From assembly GCF_009914755.1 (NCBI RefSeq), contig NC_060936.1: a stretch of 64,000 bases of DNA. The stretch is one strand, 5' to 3'. The DNA is from the human T2T-CHM13v2.0 reference genome, Homo sapiens. Positions 16,264-28,757 of this stretch are shown in pieces. The notes under the pieces are model-generated. The model did no database searches, was not told the DNA's origin, and saw nothing but the letters and a program-made list of their open reading frames with translations. How positions within the stretch are numbered: position 1 is the stretch's first letter; each line of letters begins with the position of its first letter. Position numbers and translations under genes: made by a program.

Positions 16264-16340
16264 CTGCGGGCTGTCCGGCCCTCACCAGGGTTGGCCATAC
16301 TCCGGTGGATGGCAGCCAGGTCCTTCCTCTTCCACTTGTG
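15408..16340 (-). repeat. Composite minisatellite: native exon-8 end plus 7 intronic copies of [exon-8 3' end + 5' splice site + CA-rich spacer]
   Basis: Unit core GGCCATGCTCCGGTGGATGGCAGCCAGGTCCTTCCTCTTC (plus strand) recurs with a period of 91-131 bp, separated by TG-rich spacers. Confidence 0.97.
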
Positions 16341-16493
16341 CATCTCCTCCTCCATCTTGTCGATGCGGGCCAGGTTCAGAGCCCACAGGCAGCCCTTGCG
16401 GGAGGAGCCGCTCATCTTGTTCTCCACCTTCTCGAAGCACTTGTTCAGAGACAGGTTGTGCCGCACCGAGTTCTTCCACCCGTCGGGGGCCGT
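16286..16493 (-). CDS. FOXN4: FOXN4 exon 8 ([70 protein letters not shown]), forkhead recognition helix and wing
   Basis: Acceptor cttcaTAG|ACG; donor CTG|GTGAGG; 208 nt; [10 protein letters not shown] signature. Confidence 0.97.
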
Positions 16494-16732
16494 CTATGAA
16501 GACACATGGGCATTCAGAGGCCTCCCTGTAAGCCCTTCCCCCTACCCCGGGGATCTCCTACTCAGGCCTATAGGGGCAGGACACCGCGGTGGCAGGAGTA
16601 ATTTGACAGTGCCTGACACTCAGCCTCAAGTTGGAGAGACAAGAGAGAGTGCTGGGGACTGAGGCCAACTGGTGTGGCCATGCCCTGATGAGAGGGGAAC
16701 TACAGTTCAGCTCTGGCCAACTGTTACTATAG

Positions 16733-17021
<289 letters not shown>

Positions 17022-17628
17022 TAGATAACCAGATATCACAATGCATCTCACACCACATGTGTACATGTGTGCACACACACTGTACTGCAGTATTTTTGCT
17101 AAGGACACTGTCCAATCCAGGGACCCCACAGCTTGGTGTACCCTCTAACTTCCTGCTCCACTTTTTGCTTTGATGCTAACAAGGATAACACTACTAGTGG
17201 CCAACCCTATGCTGGAAGCTGCCAGGCCCTTTATCTGCAGGATCCTCACTGACCCTGCCAGCTTGGGATGATTCTCCACCCCTGACAGATGAGGATACTG
17301 AGGCTCAGAGGTGAAGGCTTTTGCCAATTCTGTTGTTTTGCATCATTATGTTGTACTGAATCTGTGCTGAGTACCTAGTCTGGTGCCTCTACCCTTTTCT
17401 CCTTGGGATGCCTAATGAACTCCTCTTCATCTGTCAGAGCCCAGTTCAAATGCCCCCCTCTCTTTCTGACTTTCTTCTGTGTGAGTGTGTGTGCACATGT
17501 CCTAACCACCAGATGTACAGACATAACTGGGAACCAAAGAGGGTTGGCCCAGGGCCAGCCCTGGATTCTGGCAGCACCAGGAAGAGACCAGGGCAGCTCC
17601 AGCACCCCTACCCTAGCTTGGGACTCAC

Positions 17629-17725
17629 CTTGAAGTAGGGGAAGTGCTCCTTCATGAAGCTGTAGATCTCGCTCACAGGCAGGCTGCCTGTCTTGCTGTT
17701 CTTCAGGGCCATGGCGATCAGACAG
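17629..17725 (-). CDS. FOXN4: FOXN4 exon 7 ([33 protein letters not shown]), forkhead helices 1-2
   Basis: Acceptor cccCAG|C; donor AAG|GTGAGT; 97 nt. Confidence 0.97.
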
Positions 17726-18377
17726 CTGGGGGCAGGAGGTGGGGCAGGGCAGGGCAGGGCAGGACAGGGCAGGCCAGGCATGAAAGGGTCTCAGGCTGAC
17801 AGCCCAATGCCGCCTCTGCCAGGAAGCCTGCCCTGCTTGACCCTAAACACTCACACACAGTGAGCTCTCAATATCTTTTCATGGCCCGATGTCTTTCCCA
17901 CCCTTTGCCCTTTCTCCTTGATCTGGGCACAACAATTGGTACTGACTTGAGAAATCTTACCCTTTCCCCTCTTTATTGCATCCCCATAATTTTAATGGCT
18001 ATGAGCCTTCAGACTTTACCTAGGTTGTTTCCCCCTCCCCAAACTCCCACGAGGTATACAATACTATTATTTTGATGACTTTTTACATTTGGGGAAATCG
18101 AGGCTCAGAGAGGTCATCCCACTTCCCCAAGGCCACGTGGCTTATGAATGAAGTGAACTGTGGCACTGGACTCAGGTCTGCAGTGGGCTCTTGACCTGGG
18201 GGACCCTATGATGCGCCTTCCTGAGAACAAGTCCCACCTGGGGGTTCCCCACTCCCCAAAACCTCCCCCTTGGAAGTCTGGGCTGCCACACTAGCTGTCT
18301 GAGATGCCCTGAGGGCAGCCTCATCCCTCTCTCCCGGAGCCGCCCTTGGCCCTGACCCGGCCCACCCTGGACCTCAC

Positions 18378-18505
18378 CTGTACGAGTAGATGGGCTTGGG
18401 GTAGTGTTTGGGGTGCAGTTCTTGAGATGAATGCACAGCCACGTGGGGCTGGGGGTAGGGGGGCCGCACCCCAAATGGGGGGCCATAGAGGCCCACAGGA
18501 GGGCA
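18378..18505 (-). CDS. FOXN4: FOXN4 exon 6 (CPPVGLYGPPFGVRPPYPQPHVAVHSSQELHPKHYPKPIYSY-S), start of forkhead domain
   Basis: Long pyrimidine tract then gggAAG|TGC; donor ACAG|GTGAGG; 128 nt. Confidence 0.92.
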
Positions 18506-18824
18506 CTTCCCACAGGCAGGGGCAGGGAGAAAGTGGCAGAGAAAGAGAGAAGGTGAGAAATAACATACGTCACTCACAGTAACACTGTCCCCACCCCAGT
18601 TTCAAAACACCTTGTGTGGGGATTCACAACCGTCCAGGAAACAATCTTGTCTCCACTCAGGGCAGGAGTTTTGGGGGAACGGAATGAATGACCCCATGAC
18701 ATGAGCATGGAGGGAATGTTATCCCCATGTGCTGGGTGAGTAAACTGAGGCTCAGAGGGGTCCCCGGCCAGCCCAAGGCAGGGTGTCTGCTGCTCAGTCC
18801 AGGGCTCCCCTGAGCCCTTGGTAC

Positions 18825-18935
18825 CTGCTGGGCACCCGGGGGGAGCGGGAACTGTGGTTGGGTGGCAGGTGAGTACAGATGCAGCGGGTCCTGCAGGCCA
18901 GATGAGGGCTGGCCCCCCACGGGGAACTGGCTCAT
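18825..18935 (-). CDS. FOXN4: FOXN4 exon 5 (MSQFPVGGQPSSGLQDPLHLYSPATQPQFPLPPGAQQ)
   Basis: Acceptor cccagCAG|ATG (NAGNAG); donor CAG|GTACCA; 111 nt. Confidence 0.93.
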
Positions 18936-19036
18936 CTGCTGGGCAGGAAGAGGAGGAGACAGAGGGTCACGGTGGGGGTAGACACCCAGTCTGGAGGGCA
19001 CTACCCGCCCTCCGCAGTCCATGCAGTGCCACTTAC

Positions 19037-19161
19037 GCTGTCTCTGTGGCCAGTTATGGGGCCCAGACCTGGCATGCCTCGGGGGGCCATGCCTGCTGGG
19101 CCATGGAGAAGGGGACTTGGAGTGGCTCCCACATGCAGGTCGGCCACCCCAGCCAAGGCAC
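19037..19161 (-). CDS. FOXN4: FOXN4 exon 4 (G-ALAGVADLHVGATPSPLLHGPAGMAPRGMPGLGPITGHRDS)
   Basis: Acceptor ctctccggCAG|GT; donor AGC|GTAAGT; 125 nt, phases match the neighbouring exons. Confidence 0.92.
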
Positions 19162-20202
19162 CTGCCGGAGAGAAGCACAGAGACGCTGCTGGGCTGGAGG
19201 AATGGTGGCTGCCACCAGGAACAGCCCAGTGCCCAGGTGTCTCCGGAGAACGGAGCCAGCCCCTTTCCTCGGACCAGGCACATAGTAGGTGCTTGGCAAA
19301 TCACTTCCCTGGTGTGTAGTGAAAAGTAGGTTCTTACCAGCTGTATAACCTTAGGTCAGCCTCAGTTTTCCCATTTGTACTTGATCTACTGATACCCCTA
19401 ACTATAAATCTGCTGTGAGGGTTAAATGAGATAATGTCTATCAAGTGCTTAGCACACTGCTGGGCACATGATAATATCTCAATAAACATGAGTCAATAAT
19501 AAATGATAATTGATTATGTCCTTCATGAAGCTAAAACACCAATTCACGGTTCATTTCTTTTCCTCAAAAACATGCCATGGCTCCCGAGTGCCTCTAGGTT
19601 TAGGTCCAAAGTACCTTTGTGCCTCCTCTCCCCTTTGCCAAGCCCTGCTGCTCCACACAGGATGAGAATGGCAGACATACTTCCCCCATCTTGTGCTGGG
19701 CTTGTGACAGACATTGCTAATCTATCACAGATTCTTACTGCTCTAGCCTGATTTTAGGCAGCCACCTCCAATCAAGCAAAGTTGACCTGCAGGATGGTCT
19801 TGCCCTAGGGCCACCTCTTCCAGGAAGCCCTCTGGGTCCTTCAGCTCTCTTCTGAGTTCTGGCTGCCACTGTCCCTAGATCTGTTTGTCTTGTCCTTCTC
19901 TCTCTGACCAGATCATCAGCTTTCTAAGAACTGGGACCACAACTTATATCATTCATTGCTCCAAATGCCTGGCACAGTAACAGGCCCACAGAAAGTACCC
20001 AGCAGCCACAGTGGGGAAAGAAGAGGAGAGGCGTCCTTATTTCACCATTTGTTAAACACCTCCGCATTCAAGGCACTTTCTGCATTGAATCCTCACAATG
20101 TCCCATGCAGGCAGTTCTGTTACACTTTTGCTGCAGATGTGGAAACCAGTCAGGGCAGAAAGCACTTGGCTGAGATCACACAGCTGTTCCCTGGGCGTTC
20201 TA

Positions 20203-20860
20203 GATCAGGGGTTGGCAAACTGGCAGCCAAACTCTGTTTTTGTAAATAAAGTTTTATTGGCACAGAGTTGCATTGATTCATTTACATATTGGCTGTGGCT
20301 GGTTTTGTGTTACGATGGCAAAGTTGAATTGTTTTGACAGATCAGTTGACCTACAAAATCTAAAATATTTACTACCTGGCCCTTGACAGAAAATTTGCTG
20401 ACCCCTGCTGTACATGCTTTGCCCAAGAACGATTTGCCCAATGAAATAAATAATCCTAGACAAGTATTTTTCAACCACTGGTACTTTTAATATACTGTTG
20501 TTTATTGTTTTGTCACTGTTTTGCTTTTCTTCAATACTTTCTGTGTCTCTAAGCATTTTATCCATTTGCTATGATTGCACCTAACTGCCACTAGCTGCCT
20601 TTTATTGAGCATCGACTGTGTGCCAGCCCCTACACTCAGCACTTTCCACACATTATCTCTTGGAATCCTCTTGATCAGGGGGCAGCAAACTTCTTTTGTG
20701 AAGGGCCAGATGGCAAATATTTCAGGCTTTGCCAGCCAGATGGTCTCTGTGTTTTTACAACCCTTGGAAAATGTAAAATCCATTCCTAACACAAAGGCTG
20801 TACAAAAACAGGTCGTAGGCTGCATTTGGCCCACGGGCTGTAGTTTGCCAACTGCCCTAG
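20203..20860. mobile_element. Two MER58-type hAT elements (~20203-20410 and ~20675-20858)
   Basis: caggggttggcaaac...aaataaagttttattgg...tttgctgacccctg; aagggccagatggcaaatatttcaggcttt...tagtttgccaactgc. Confidence 0.75.
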
Positions 20861-21121
20861 AGGTTCAAGATGCACCAGTGTGGCAGCGGGACTCTATTCA
20901 CAGAAACCTTAGCTCGCCCAGGGCCTGGCGCACAGTTAAGCAAATGATAAACCACATCTCTCTAAGGAAGGGAGCATTTGTCCCATTTTACAGATGCAGA
21001 AAGAGAGGCCCAGAGAGACTGGGAGACCGGGTCATGGCTGCACAGTGGGTGGGTGGCAGGGCTGGGAATCACCCCTCTCCTATATCACCCTCCTCCCTGC
21101 CTACCTTGTCCCTGAGCCTAC

Positions 21122-21267
21122 CTGGGTGTGGATGTGGCACGCAGGGGCCACCCAGGTCCACGCGGCCACTTGCCATCTGCTGCAGCCGAGGCACATCCAC
21201 CGCCGTGAGCCACGACAGCGACTGCAGGTCCCCGGGAAGGTCATCATCGCTGGTGGTGGCTAGAAGC
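21122..21267 (-). CDS. FOXN4: FOXN4 exon 3 ([50 protein letters not shown])
   Basis: Acceptor ctctttgCAG|G; donor CCAG|GTAGGC; 146 nt; contains the FoxN-type LQSLSWL motif. Confidence 0.95.
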
Positions 21268-22626
21268 CTGCAAAGAGGAACAGAGAACTCGGGCGGGAGG
21301 GGGAGCTTAGGCCAGCTCCTGGGGGTGCGTCCCGACCTCTGGAAGCACCCGCTTAATGTGCCTCATCTCCCCAAGCCACGCCAGCCCTCCAACCTGCCCG
21401 TCCCCAGGACTGGACACGGGAACCTGGTCCCAGATCCCTTTCGGCAGCCAGATCTTTCATCCTCATCATTCCTTCCTTAGCCCACTTAACGCATCCTACT
21501 TAGCACCTACCACATAAACAATGCACGCGAATATTTGTTGAGGACTTGACCAGTGCCAGACACCGATCAAGCCTTTTTACACTCCCAGTCACCCTATGAG
21601 GCAGGTGTTATTATTCCTATTTTACAGATGGGGAAACCGAGGCACAGTTGGAGCTCACCTACTATGGGACACTACAGCACAGAGCACTCAGGGCCTGTGG
21701 TCAGGGTCCCACCTGCCATGACAAGATCAGTCACCTGACTCCATGTCCAGGGCAGTTTCCTGCTGTACTGTAGCTGTGAGGAACATGGAACTTGGGAACG
21801 GTCTGCGTGGATGATCCTGCCATGTGCTGAGGCAGCTGAGTGCCTGCTACCTGCCAGGCCCTGGACTCAGCATTCAACAAGCGCTGTCCTGCACAATCCC
21901 CACAGCTGCTGTGAGATGTAGGGTGGGCCCATACTCCCCTCGTACAGATGAGAAAACTGAGGCTTGGAGCACCGAGTCACCTGCCCAAGGCGACACAGAA
22001 CAGGAGGTGGTGGGGCTGAGACCCAGTCAGTGCCTCCTGAAGCCTGAGCCCTTCAACTCGACCCCTGGTGGTCCCAAGAGGCTCCAGTTAGGACCCACAC
22101 CCACCAGCCGCAACAGATTCATGGGCAAAACATCGGTTGTAGTGGATGTAGGATAGCTGCCCATGGAGGTGCCAGACAGGTCGGTGATTTGGGATAGCCA
22201 TGTCACTCCCCAGTGCCCTCAAGTCACACTTGCCACGCGACTCCGAGAGCATCGGGTCTTACACCACCATCCGGGCCCTGTCGTGATGGTGCAGACCAGC
22301 CCAGGAGCACACGCCCGACTCCACCACATCTGCCACCCCTGTAGCCAGGGGCTTTCTGTGTCACCACCAAGAGGCCCACAGTCTAAATTCTAAGTTCCAT
22401 GTTTCAAAAATAGCCTCATAGATTGAGGGGCAGAGAGAGGCGGGACACCGACCCATCCTGCCCTGGTTTTCTGCGCCTCTCGGAGGCTCCAGCAAAGCCC
22501 GGCCCCTTCCCTCCCTCCATCTGCTTGGCCAGCTCTGCCTCACGTTCTCCCTCTCCCTCCTCCTCCCTGTCTCTCTCTCTGCTCCTCCCCATCTCTCCCC
22601 TCTTGTGTTTTAGGGCCACAATTAGC

Positions 22627-22640
22627 GTTGCCATGGCCAC
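22627..22640. promoter_or_regulatory. RFX X-box in intron 2
   Basis: GTTGCCATGGCCAC, 13/14 match to the palindromic GTTGCCATGGCAAC. Confidence 0.6.
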
Positions 22641-22903
22641 ACTGCTCAGTTGTCGCAGGGCCGGGCCCTGGGCCCACAAAGCTGGCATCAGGTGACTGCC
22701 TGGCTGCCCCCGCGATTGGCTGCCTCATAGGGAAACAGGGCCTGGAAACGATTTGAAAACGCGGCCGGCCGGCCGTGTCAGTGGCAGCAGTTGGTCCGGC
22801 TGCTGTCCCCCGGCATCCCATTGTGTGACAAACGACTGTTGCCCCTGTGGCACGTGGCCCCCATTGTCCCAGGGTCTCAGTGCAATTGTTTCTGCAGCCC
22901 CCC

Positions 22904-22948
22904 GGCTGCCACCCCTCCGGCCGCCACCCCTCCGGCTGCCACCCCTCC
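22904..22948 (+). repeat. Three tandem copies of a 15-bp unit GGC(T/C)GCCACCCCTCC
   Basis: Units at 22904, 22919 and 22934. Confidence 0.9.
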
Positions 22949-23648
22949 GGCCTGCTCGTAACTCATCTGGCCAAGTGACAGCCACGGCCCCGGGCCTGGG
23001 CGATACCATCTGTCCCCTCAGGCCCTGGGAGACCACGGGGTGAGGTGCAGGGGCAGGGCCTGCTATGCCACCCGCTGTTGGGGGTGCTGGCCAGTCCTCA
23101 CCCTCCCTTCCTCACCCACTGGCCAGACAACCTCCCGGCGCCTGGTGGTGCAAGCCATGCTCCTGTTCAGTAACCTGCTGTGACTCCCCACTGCCCTGGC
23201 TGCTCTGCTTGGCACTGCGGTAACAAGGAGAAGTGGAGATGGGTCCCTGCTGGCAGGTTTGGTAAGGTGGCTGCCCTCCAAAGCTCCCTGAGTAGTCGGG
23301 GGGAGGGGCTATAAATAACCCAGGTTCCTAAGTGCCACTGTGGGGCAGGATCTCTGGCAGCAGGTAAACCTAACAGGCAGTACTCGTGGTGGTTAAATGC
23401 TTGGGCTCTGGATTCTAATCCTGGTTTCCACTTGCCTGTGTGCCCTTGGGCCACTGGCTTAACCTCTCTGAGCCTCAGTTTCTTATCTGTATAATGCGGA
23501 TAACAATAGCTGTTATCGCATAGGATGTCATAAGAAATATGTAATTGTATGTAAAGCACTTGGAACAGTGGCTCACGGTCAATGTAATATGAATATTTAG
23601 CTGCTATTAATATTAATACCAACATTAATGCTCATATTAATATCCACC

Positions 23649-23667
23649 AGGTCGCCAGGGGGCTGGA
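23649..23667 (+). promoter_or_regulatory. Candidate CTCF site
   Basis: AGGTCGCCAGGGGGCTGGA resembles the CTCF core CCASYAGRKGGC. Confidence 0.4.
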
Positions 23668-24482
23668 AGTACACTGAAGCTTTGGGGTCTGGGGGTCACA
23701 CCGACATGCCCCGGCCACTGCTACCACTAAACACGCCCATGTAATGAGCACTGCCTGGGTTTTACACTGGCCCCATTTTACAGATGAAGAAACTCAGGAC
23801 TGAGTGGTCACTTCAATGCTGTCAGCCTGTTTCCCTATAGAGTGAGGATTACACGAAGTCACGTATAAAGGGCTGAGCACAAGGCTGAGCATCTAGTTGG
23901 GCTGAGTCAATGGCACTATCCTGATTCTTCTCTTTCCTGCTACTCGTGAGCCCCTCTGGCTCCCCCTTCCTGCAGCCCCACTCCTTCTGCAGCCCCCCGC
24001 AGGCCCAGGCAGGGCTCACCTCCACGCCTTTGCATTTGCCGTTCCCCTTGCAGGAATGATGCCCTTTCTGCTCCCTCCCCTGCACCCATGCCCACCCCTG
24101 GAGGCTCACTGCAAAGTCTGACTTCTGGCCTCTTCACCCCAGACATCCTGCAGACATCACTGGACCCCACCTCTTACTTTACCTCTGGAAAGCAGAGACT
24201 GGTTTGCTCCCAATCTCACAGTCTGGAAAAGGACCAGGGTTGGGGTCCTGACTCCCTGTGCAGGTTCCTGCTACCCCGAGAGCAGCACCTCCGCTGGGAA
24301 GCCTTTGCCACCCAGACCCCAAGCACAGGGACCCACTCTGCACCCTGACTGCTCTCTACACTTCGCCAGGACCAGCCAGTCCTGCACTGTCTAGTTCTCT
24401 GCCCCATCACTCTGCCTTCTGGCTCATTGAGTGTTGGCTCCAAACCCCATATTGCCCCATGTCCTTGCACACAGTGGGTGCC

Positions 24483-24742
24483 TTTGTTTGTTTTTTGAGA
24501 CAGAGTCTCGCTCTGTCACCCAGGCTAGAATGTAGTGGCATGATCTCGGCTCACTGCAACCTCCGCCTCCTGAGTTCAAGCGATTCTCCTGCCTCAGCCT
24601 CCTGAGTAGCTGGAAGTACAGGCACGCGCCACCACGCTGGGCTAATTTTTGTATTTTTATTAGATATGGGGTTTCACCATGTTGGTCAGGCTGGTGCTGA
24701 ACTTCTGACCTTGTGATCCGCCCATCTTGGCCTCCCAAAGTG
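24483..24742 (-). mobile_element. AluS (truncated)
   Basis: Alu consensus match. Confidence 0.85.
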
Positions 24743-26464
24743 GGTGCCCTTTAAATGCCTGCTTGGCTGGTTGAAATAGGCTGACCGCAGGCCACCAGCG
24801 CTGAGAGTTGGTGTGACAGTGACGGTCACATCTAGCTCTTTTGAACTGACAGAGCGGTCTTCCACCTCCTCAGGTCCTTGCCACAGTCCCAGGACAGGGA
24901 CAGAGAGTAGGCAGCCCCACTTCACAGAGGGGGAAGCTGAGGCCAGCCCAGTAAAAGCAGAATCCCTTTGTTTATAAGCGAGGCAGTCAGAACTCGAACC
25001 CGGGTCTGTCTGCCTCCCTCAGGTGGTTCCTGTGGCACTACAGGTGGAGATCAGACGTCTTCCGGGGGAGATGCCCCACCCTGGGTCCCAGGCTCTCACT
25101 TGGGGCTACGCGAACCGGCATCTCCCAGAGAGCCAGTTAAAATGCAGAGTTGGGGCCCCAGCTCAGACCCTGAAGCCCCACCCTTGGGACTTCCAGCTAT
25201 GCTCTGGGGGAAGGACAGCCCACAGGGGACACGGCCAAAGCTCAGGCTTTGACTGGACAGATCTAGGTTCAAGTCCTTGTAACCCCTGAGCTGCGTGACC
25301 TTGGACAAGTCACTGCAGGTCCCTGGGGCTCCAATCCCTGGCTGTCGTAGGATCAGGTGAGCCACTGTGTGACTGACTTTTGGCACAGGTGCAGTCCCCA
25401 TCTCCCTTCTCGGGGGTTTGCTGTACATGCTTGGGGTCGATGGCCCCGCCCCTGCTTCCCCACTACTCCAGGCATCCCAAAGGTGGTCTGGTCCTCTCTT
25501 GTGCCCACTGCCCATGCCAGAATGTCCACCTCAGTGCACCTAACAGGTGGCCCCAGCCAGCACCCTGGACACCTGCAGTGGCTGTGGGCACCAGGAGCAC
25601 TGTGGTGGGAGTCCACTGGCTCCGAAGGCTGGCTAACTTCCTGCTGTCTCTTAGGGTCTCTCTGGCATTCAGGCATGTCTTCTGCATACATGGCAAGGGC
25701 CAGGGGCTGATGCACTAGGGCCTACATGAGAATGTCTCATCCCCCAACCCCTGCCCACACTGACCTCTGTCCCCTGCAGAAAGGTCAGCACGTGCCCCTC
25801 TCCACAGTGGCATGTGAAGCCCCCTCCACACCTCTCCCTCATCAGTGCCTGAAGTTCCCTCATTAAAGGCGTCCCCATGTGCCCTCGCCTCTCCTGGTGC
25901 CTCATTTGAGATGTTGTAAACTACAGGGCTCACAGCAGCTGTAACTCAGGAAAGACTCCTTGGTTCTGGAACCACCCATTCTGGCTTCTCAGCCATAGGC
26001 CCTGGGGAGGGCACTTAATCGCCAGCCTCAGTTTCCCACCTGTAAAATGGGCATGAGTGATAATAATAATAATAGTAATAGCCGCAATACCTCATACCCC
26101 CCAGGCTGGCACACTGGTGTGGAGGCGGAGTGGCTTTGTGATCCACCCTGCCATCTTAGAGGGTTTGGGAATATTCCCTGGTGTGTGCGTAACAGAGAGA
26201 GCCACACAGAGAGAGACCCTAAATCAACCTCCTAAGTTTCTCCTCTACTGGAAAATGACAGGACATTTTTAATTCAAAGAAAAAGGCACATTCTAGCCCC
26301 ACTGCCCTGGGCTCTCCTCCCAAGGCCTGTTCTGCTCCCCATCTGGGTGTGTCACTTCAGTTCCTGGGCGAGAGGAAAATTCAGCCCTGCTAACCCTGAG
26401 TCTCCCATGTCACTGATGCCTGCCTGCCTAGGGTCACCTCCAGAGGAGGCTTTGAGAAGAATCA

Positions 26465-26942
<478 letters not shown>

Positions 26943-28111
26943 TCAGTTTCCTCATCTGTAGAATGGGAGCAACAATGATGAAGGCAGAGCACCCACAAGA
27001 GCTCTGATAAGTGCCCATCCTCTCCTCTTCCCCTTTCTCTGACATGGCGTCCAGGGTCCCCGATCTCCCATGGACCTGTCTCCACCCTACTCACCTACAG
27101 TCCCCTGCATGGTACCAGCCCTGCTGCTGGGTCGCCCAGAGGCACTGAGCCAGGCTTTCTGGGGAAGAGGCCGGGTACCTGCAATTAACGCATCCCCCAG
27201 CCTCAGGTGGTTCCTGCGCACCCAGCGCTGGGGAGCTGTGGCCCCATCCTGCCCTCCAACCTGTTCAGGTGACCCCCGTGCTCTCACTCAGGTGTGGTAT
27301 GTGACAAGCCTCCGTTGCACTAAAGGTCCCGGCTGGGGCCAAATGTCCTTCCCCCCTTCTCTGTGTGCCTTCCTCTGTGTCTCTGCGCCTTCTGTTCCCT
27401 CACAAAGGATGCCTTTCCTTCTCCCTCTCTGCACCTTTCAGTGTCTCCCCATTGGATTCCCGATTTCTCTGAGCCCCAGGGAGCGCTCTAGTTGGCCACA
27501 ATTTTCTTCTGAGCCCAACTGGTGGCCCCAGGGAGGGTAGGGGCTACACCTTCAGGTCTTCAGGGTCCCTAAGGGTCTGGCAGGGAGGAGACCAGGACAG
27601 GACAGGGGTTGAGTCCCCTGCTGGGTGCAGGCAGCCCCCAGAGACCCTGATGCTGAAGCAAGGACCCTCATGCCCCCAGGGGAGGAGCCAAACTCCCAGT
27701 GCCCAGCACAGGGCCGGGCACACAAAGGCTGCTCTACAAGTACCCACAGATGAACACAGATGAGCAAACAGACCCAGCATTCTGGTTGCTCCACCCACAC
27801 TCCCCTGGGGTCAGCTGTCCCCCCATGGATGTGGCATGGGGTGGACAAGCCCCTGGTGTGCGCCCAGCCCTGAGCTAAAGCCACTTTCTCACTGGATCTC
27901 ACATCATCCTTGCAAGAGCCTGATCAGGCAGGGATTGTTATCGTCACCACCTTCCCATTTGCCAGACGAGAACACTGAGGCCAGAGAGGAACAGGCCTGT
28001 CTAGGGTCACCCAGCCAGGGAGCTGTGGAACCAGGAGATCCACCTCCAGAGACTGGGTTGGCCACAACAACCCTGTCCTTTTCTCCCTGGCTGAAGAAGT
28101 GTGCTCTATTA

Positions 28112-28757
<646 letters not shown>

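Noticed and set aside
15408-16340. Repeat-spacer pattern superficially like a CRISPR array
   Set aside because: Human intron; the repeats are copies of the adjacent exon end, the spacers are low-complexity CA tracts, and there are no cas genes.
15496-16662. 388-aa and 295-aa plus-strand Cys/Val-rich ORFs
   Set aside because: They arise from A-poor TG repeats and the antisense of exon 8, which rarely produce stops; no promoter or splice support.
20575-21480. 301-aa plus-strand ORF
   Set aside because: A chance read-through of L2, MER58 and MIR fragments and the antisense of exon 3.
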